From Octopus vulgaris (Eukaryota): a stretch of 64,000 nt of DNA. Both the position numbers and the translations under genes were made by a program. Below the pieces are notes generated by a model that did no database searches, was not told the DNA's origin, and saw nothing but the letters and a program-made list of their open reading frames with translations. Below, in pieces: positions 61,666 to 64,000 of the stretch. The stretch spans positions 29,326,001 through 29,390,000 of the forward strand of contig OX597839.1 of NCBI GenBank assembly GCA_951406725.2, read 5' to 3'. Every line of letters begins with the position of its first letter. Position 1 is the stretch's first letter.

Positions 61666-62864
61666 TTGCAATGTCACAACTGACGAATACACTCGAACAG
61701 ACGACAGGCAGACGATATTAATCCATAACACATTCACTTCAACTTCTCCATGTTGCCTCGTCCTAGAATCGTGTGTTACGCTTTGGAATATTTTAGGATT
61801 AACTTCAGATGCACTCAGATTCCATCTTTTCAGCAACTACAACTGTTCAATGCTTATCGCAGAAGAAAGCCTGAGATTTCTCATTCCATACACCTCTCTG
61901 CCGTTTATTTTCTTGGTTCCTGACACAGGCACAAGTTCAAAGGTGTAGGGTTAAATAAACCGGAAAATAGCTTGAATTAGGAAAGATCATCACGCAGATT
62001 CTAGAGAGGAACAGTACTTGAGAACAAGGCCGGATTAAGACCCATGAAGGCACATAAAAGTTTTTGGTGTCCCCATATATATGTAATTCAAAATATAAAC
62101 ATTAATAAACCATAAAATTAATTTTTATTTTGCAAAATGAAGCAAAAAGATAGAAAATGCTAATTTGTCTATACTTCCACTTTTATATTTGAAAAAGTTT
62201 CTCTAATTTTATTTTTTCATTGCAAAGTTTGATCAGATCCTCATTATGACACCTTGAACACTTCGGAATTATATTTCCGATCACATACACCACTTCGAAT
62301 ATTATTGTGCAAGTTTAGAGTGATTTCTTTTGTACCGTAAACCATTCACCATTTCTGTGGTACCCGACTTCCCTCGATGTCCTCAGCACGTGCTTATTTT
62401 CCTAAATGGTTAATCCAACGCTGTTTGAGTGAAAACTACGATAAGCTTTCTGCCATAGAACCACAGGATGGGGCTATTAGAATACTTTTTACTGGGTCCA
62501 AAACGACCAAAAGTATGATAAGTTTTTCTCGATATAAAATTGGTGGCTTTGATCCTTCAATCAGGAAAAGGCTTTTCTCAAAGCTTTGACCTTCTCAAAT
62601 ACAATCGCACGGATCAGCGAACCTCACATTAATCTAGTTATACACGTAAGGAAACTATTCTTGTTTCTTGAGAATTTATATTTAAAAAAACAACAACAGA
62701 AAGAAGTTAATTACTTGATGTCGCCATGGAGATGTTATGAGCACATAAAATGGGGCTTGGATGTGTGTGACGTAATAGGATTTTAATCCTAGGCTGTGTG
62801 CGCGCGTGTTTTTGTGTGTAAGTGTATACATAATACACACACATATATATATATACATATATAT

Positions 62865-62924
62865 ATAACCGAAGAGATGGTGTTGTGGATTTCCACTTCG
62901 GCATCTGAAACTCAGAGTTTTTAT
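62865..62924 (+). ncRNA. Degenerate HHR-like motif in a (TA)n-flanked insert
   Basis: ataa-CCGAAGA-GATG-(gtgg/ccac hairpin)-CATC-t-GAAA-C-tcaga-G-TT-tttat; U4>C change and weak helix I. Confidence 0.4.
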
Positions 62925-63098
62925 CTTGACTACCGAGTAATGTAACATATTGTATAGATATACACACATATATATATATATATATACACACATCTATCTA
63001 TCTATCTATCTATCTATCTACAATTTCGTACTTGTATACATATAGATGTGTGTATATGTATAAATACATATATTTGCACATACACCCACGCACACACC

Positions 63099-63148
<50 letters not shown>

Positions 63149-63569
63149 CCCTGAAACACTCGCTCGCACATTCTCTCACGCATACACAGGCAAAACCCCT
63201 TACACTGGCCGAGATCCAGCTGGCTCCAGTAAACAACAGTAAAACAGAAGAAAGGTTGCTGCTTCTACCAAACTCGTGTTTACTTCGCAGCAAAAACATG
63301 AAACGATAAAATTCTTTGATATACAAACAACCAAATTACTCATTTCTTCATTATTTAAACTCTGTTGATATTGCAGTAGATCTACATCCGTCTTTTAGAC
63401 ATTCCTGCTTTCCGTCCTTCCCTTCTTTCGCTTTTCTCGTTTCTGCTTTCTGGGGACCACGTGGTCTCTTGTTCGATCTCACCGTGGGGCTACCCGATCA
63501 ACTCTCTTCTAGCATCGTGATGACCAAAGGCATTGAGAATGGAATTTGGTAAATAGAATTCTTCTTAGA

Positions 63570-64000
63570 AGGCGGCGAGCTGGCAGAAACGTTAGCACGC
63601 CGGGCGAAATGCTTAGCAGTATTTCGTCTGCCGTTACGTTCTGAGTTCAAATTCCGCCGAGGTCGACTTTGCCTTTCATCCTTTCGGGGTCGATTAAATA
63701 AGTACCAGTTACGCACTGGGGTCGATATAATCGACTTAATCCATTTGTCTGTCCTTGTTTGTCCTCTCTGTGTTTAGCCCCTTGTGGGTAGTAAAGAAAT
63801 AGGTATTTCGTCTGCCGTTACGTTCTGAGTTCAAATTCCGCCGAGGTCGACTTTGCCTTTCATCCTTTCGGGGTCGATAATTTAAGTACCAGTTACGCAC
63901 TTGGGTCGATGTAATCGACTTAATCCGTTTGTCTGTCCTTGTTTGTCCTCTCTGTGTGTAGCCCCTTGTGGGTAGTAAAGAAATAGGTATTTTGTCTGCC
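63570..64000 (+). mobile_element. Young SINE family A multimer, 184-bp period, running off the window
   Basis: One head, then gtattt.gtctgcc restarts at 63619, 63803 and 63987. Confidence 0.9.

Noticed and set aside
62024-62600. hAT-like terminus caaggccggattaagacc (other lone TIR-like ends at ~24452, ~19387 and 21090-21172)
   Set aside because: No matching opposite TIR/TSD or recognisable transposase could be established.
63570-63660. tRNA gene calls for SINE heads (also 7980, 46155, 52971)
   Set aside because: A/B boxes are present but there is no canonical cloverleaf, and each continues into a SINE body.

Overview
AT-rich, microsatellite-saturated eukaryotic DNA. The repeat inventory (tRNA-derived SINE families, R4/Dong, RTE and Tx1 LINE relics, mariner and hAT relics) looks like an octopod cephalopod intron or intergenic region; this is inferred from repeat recognition, not from a search. 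No intact host gene can be called with confidence: nearly all ORFs in the track are simple-repeat or SINE artefacts or transposon relics. One speculative three-exon minus-strand small secreted-peptide model (61665-61607, 9703-9627, 9201-9149) is reported at low confidence. The strongest signal the ORF track misses is RNA-structural. Many short non-coding inserts in (TA)n/(CA)n tracts carry type I hammerhead ribozyme (HHR) motifs of the Penelope-like/retrozyme kind, with palindromic helix III. One is a nearly perfect 594-bp tandem dimer with two intact HHRs and an inverted 5' segment (815-2062). Several have an unusually large, structured helix II insertion of about 70-105 nt. Other notable architecture: SINE multimers that restart at one fixed junction, head/tail-shuffled SINEs, a pile-up of three R4/Dong 3' ends in trinucleotide repeats, a (TAA)n-flanked ~550-bp non-coding element in two copies, and a Helitron-like insert whose target matches its own end-to-end junction. 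All alignments and folds were done by eye; boundaries of degenerate elements are approximate.
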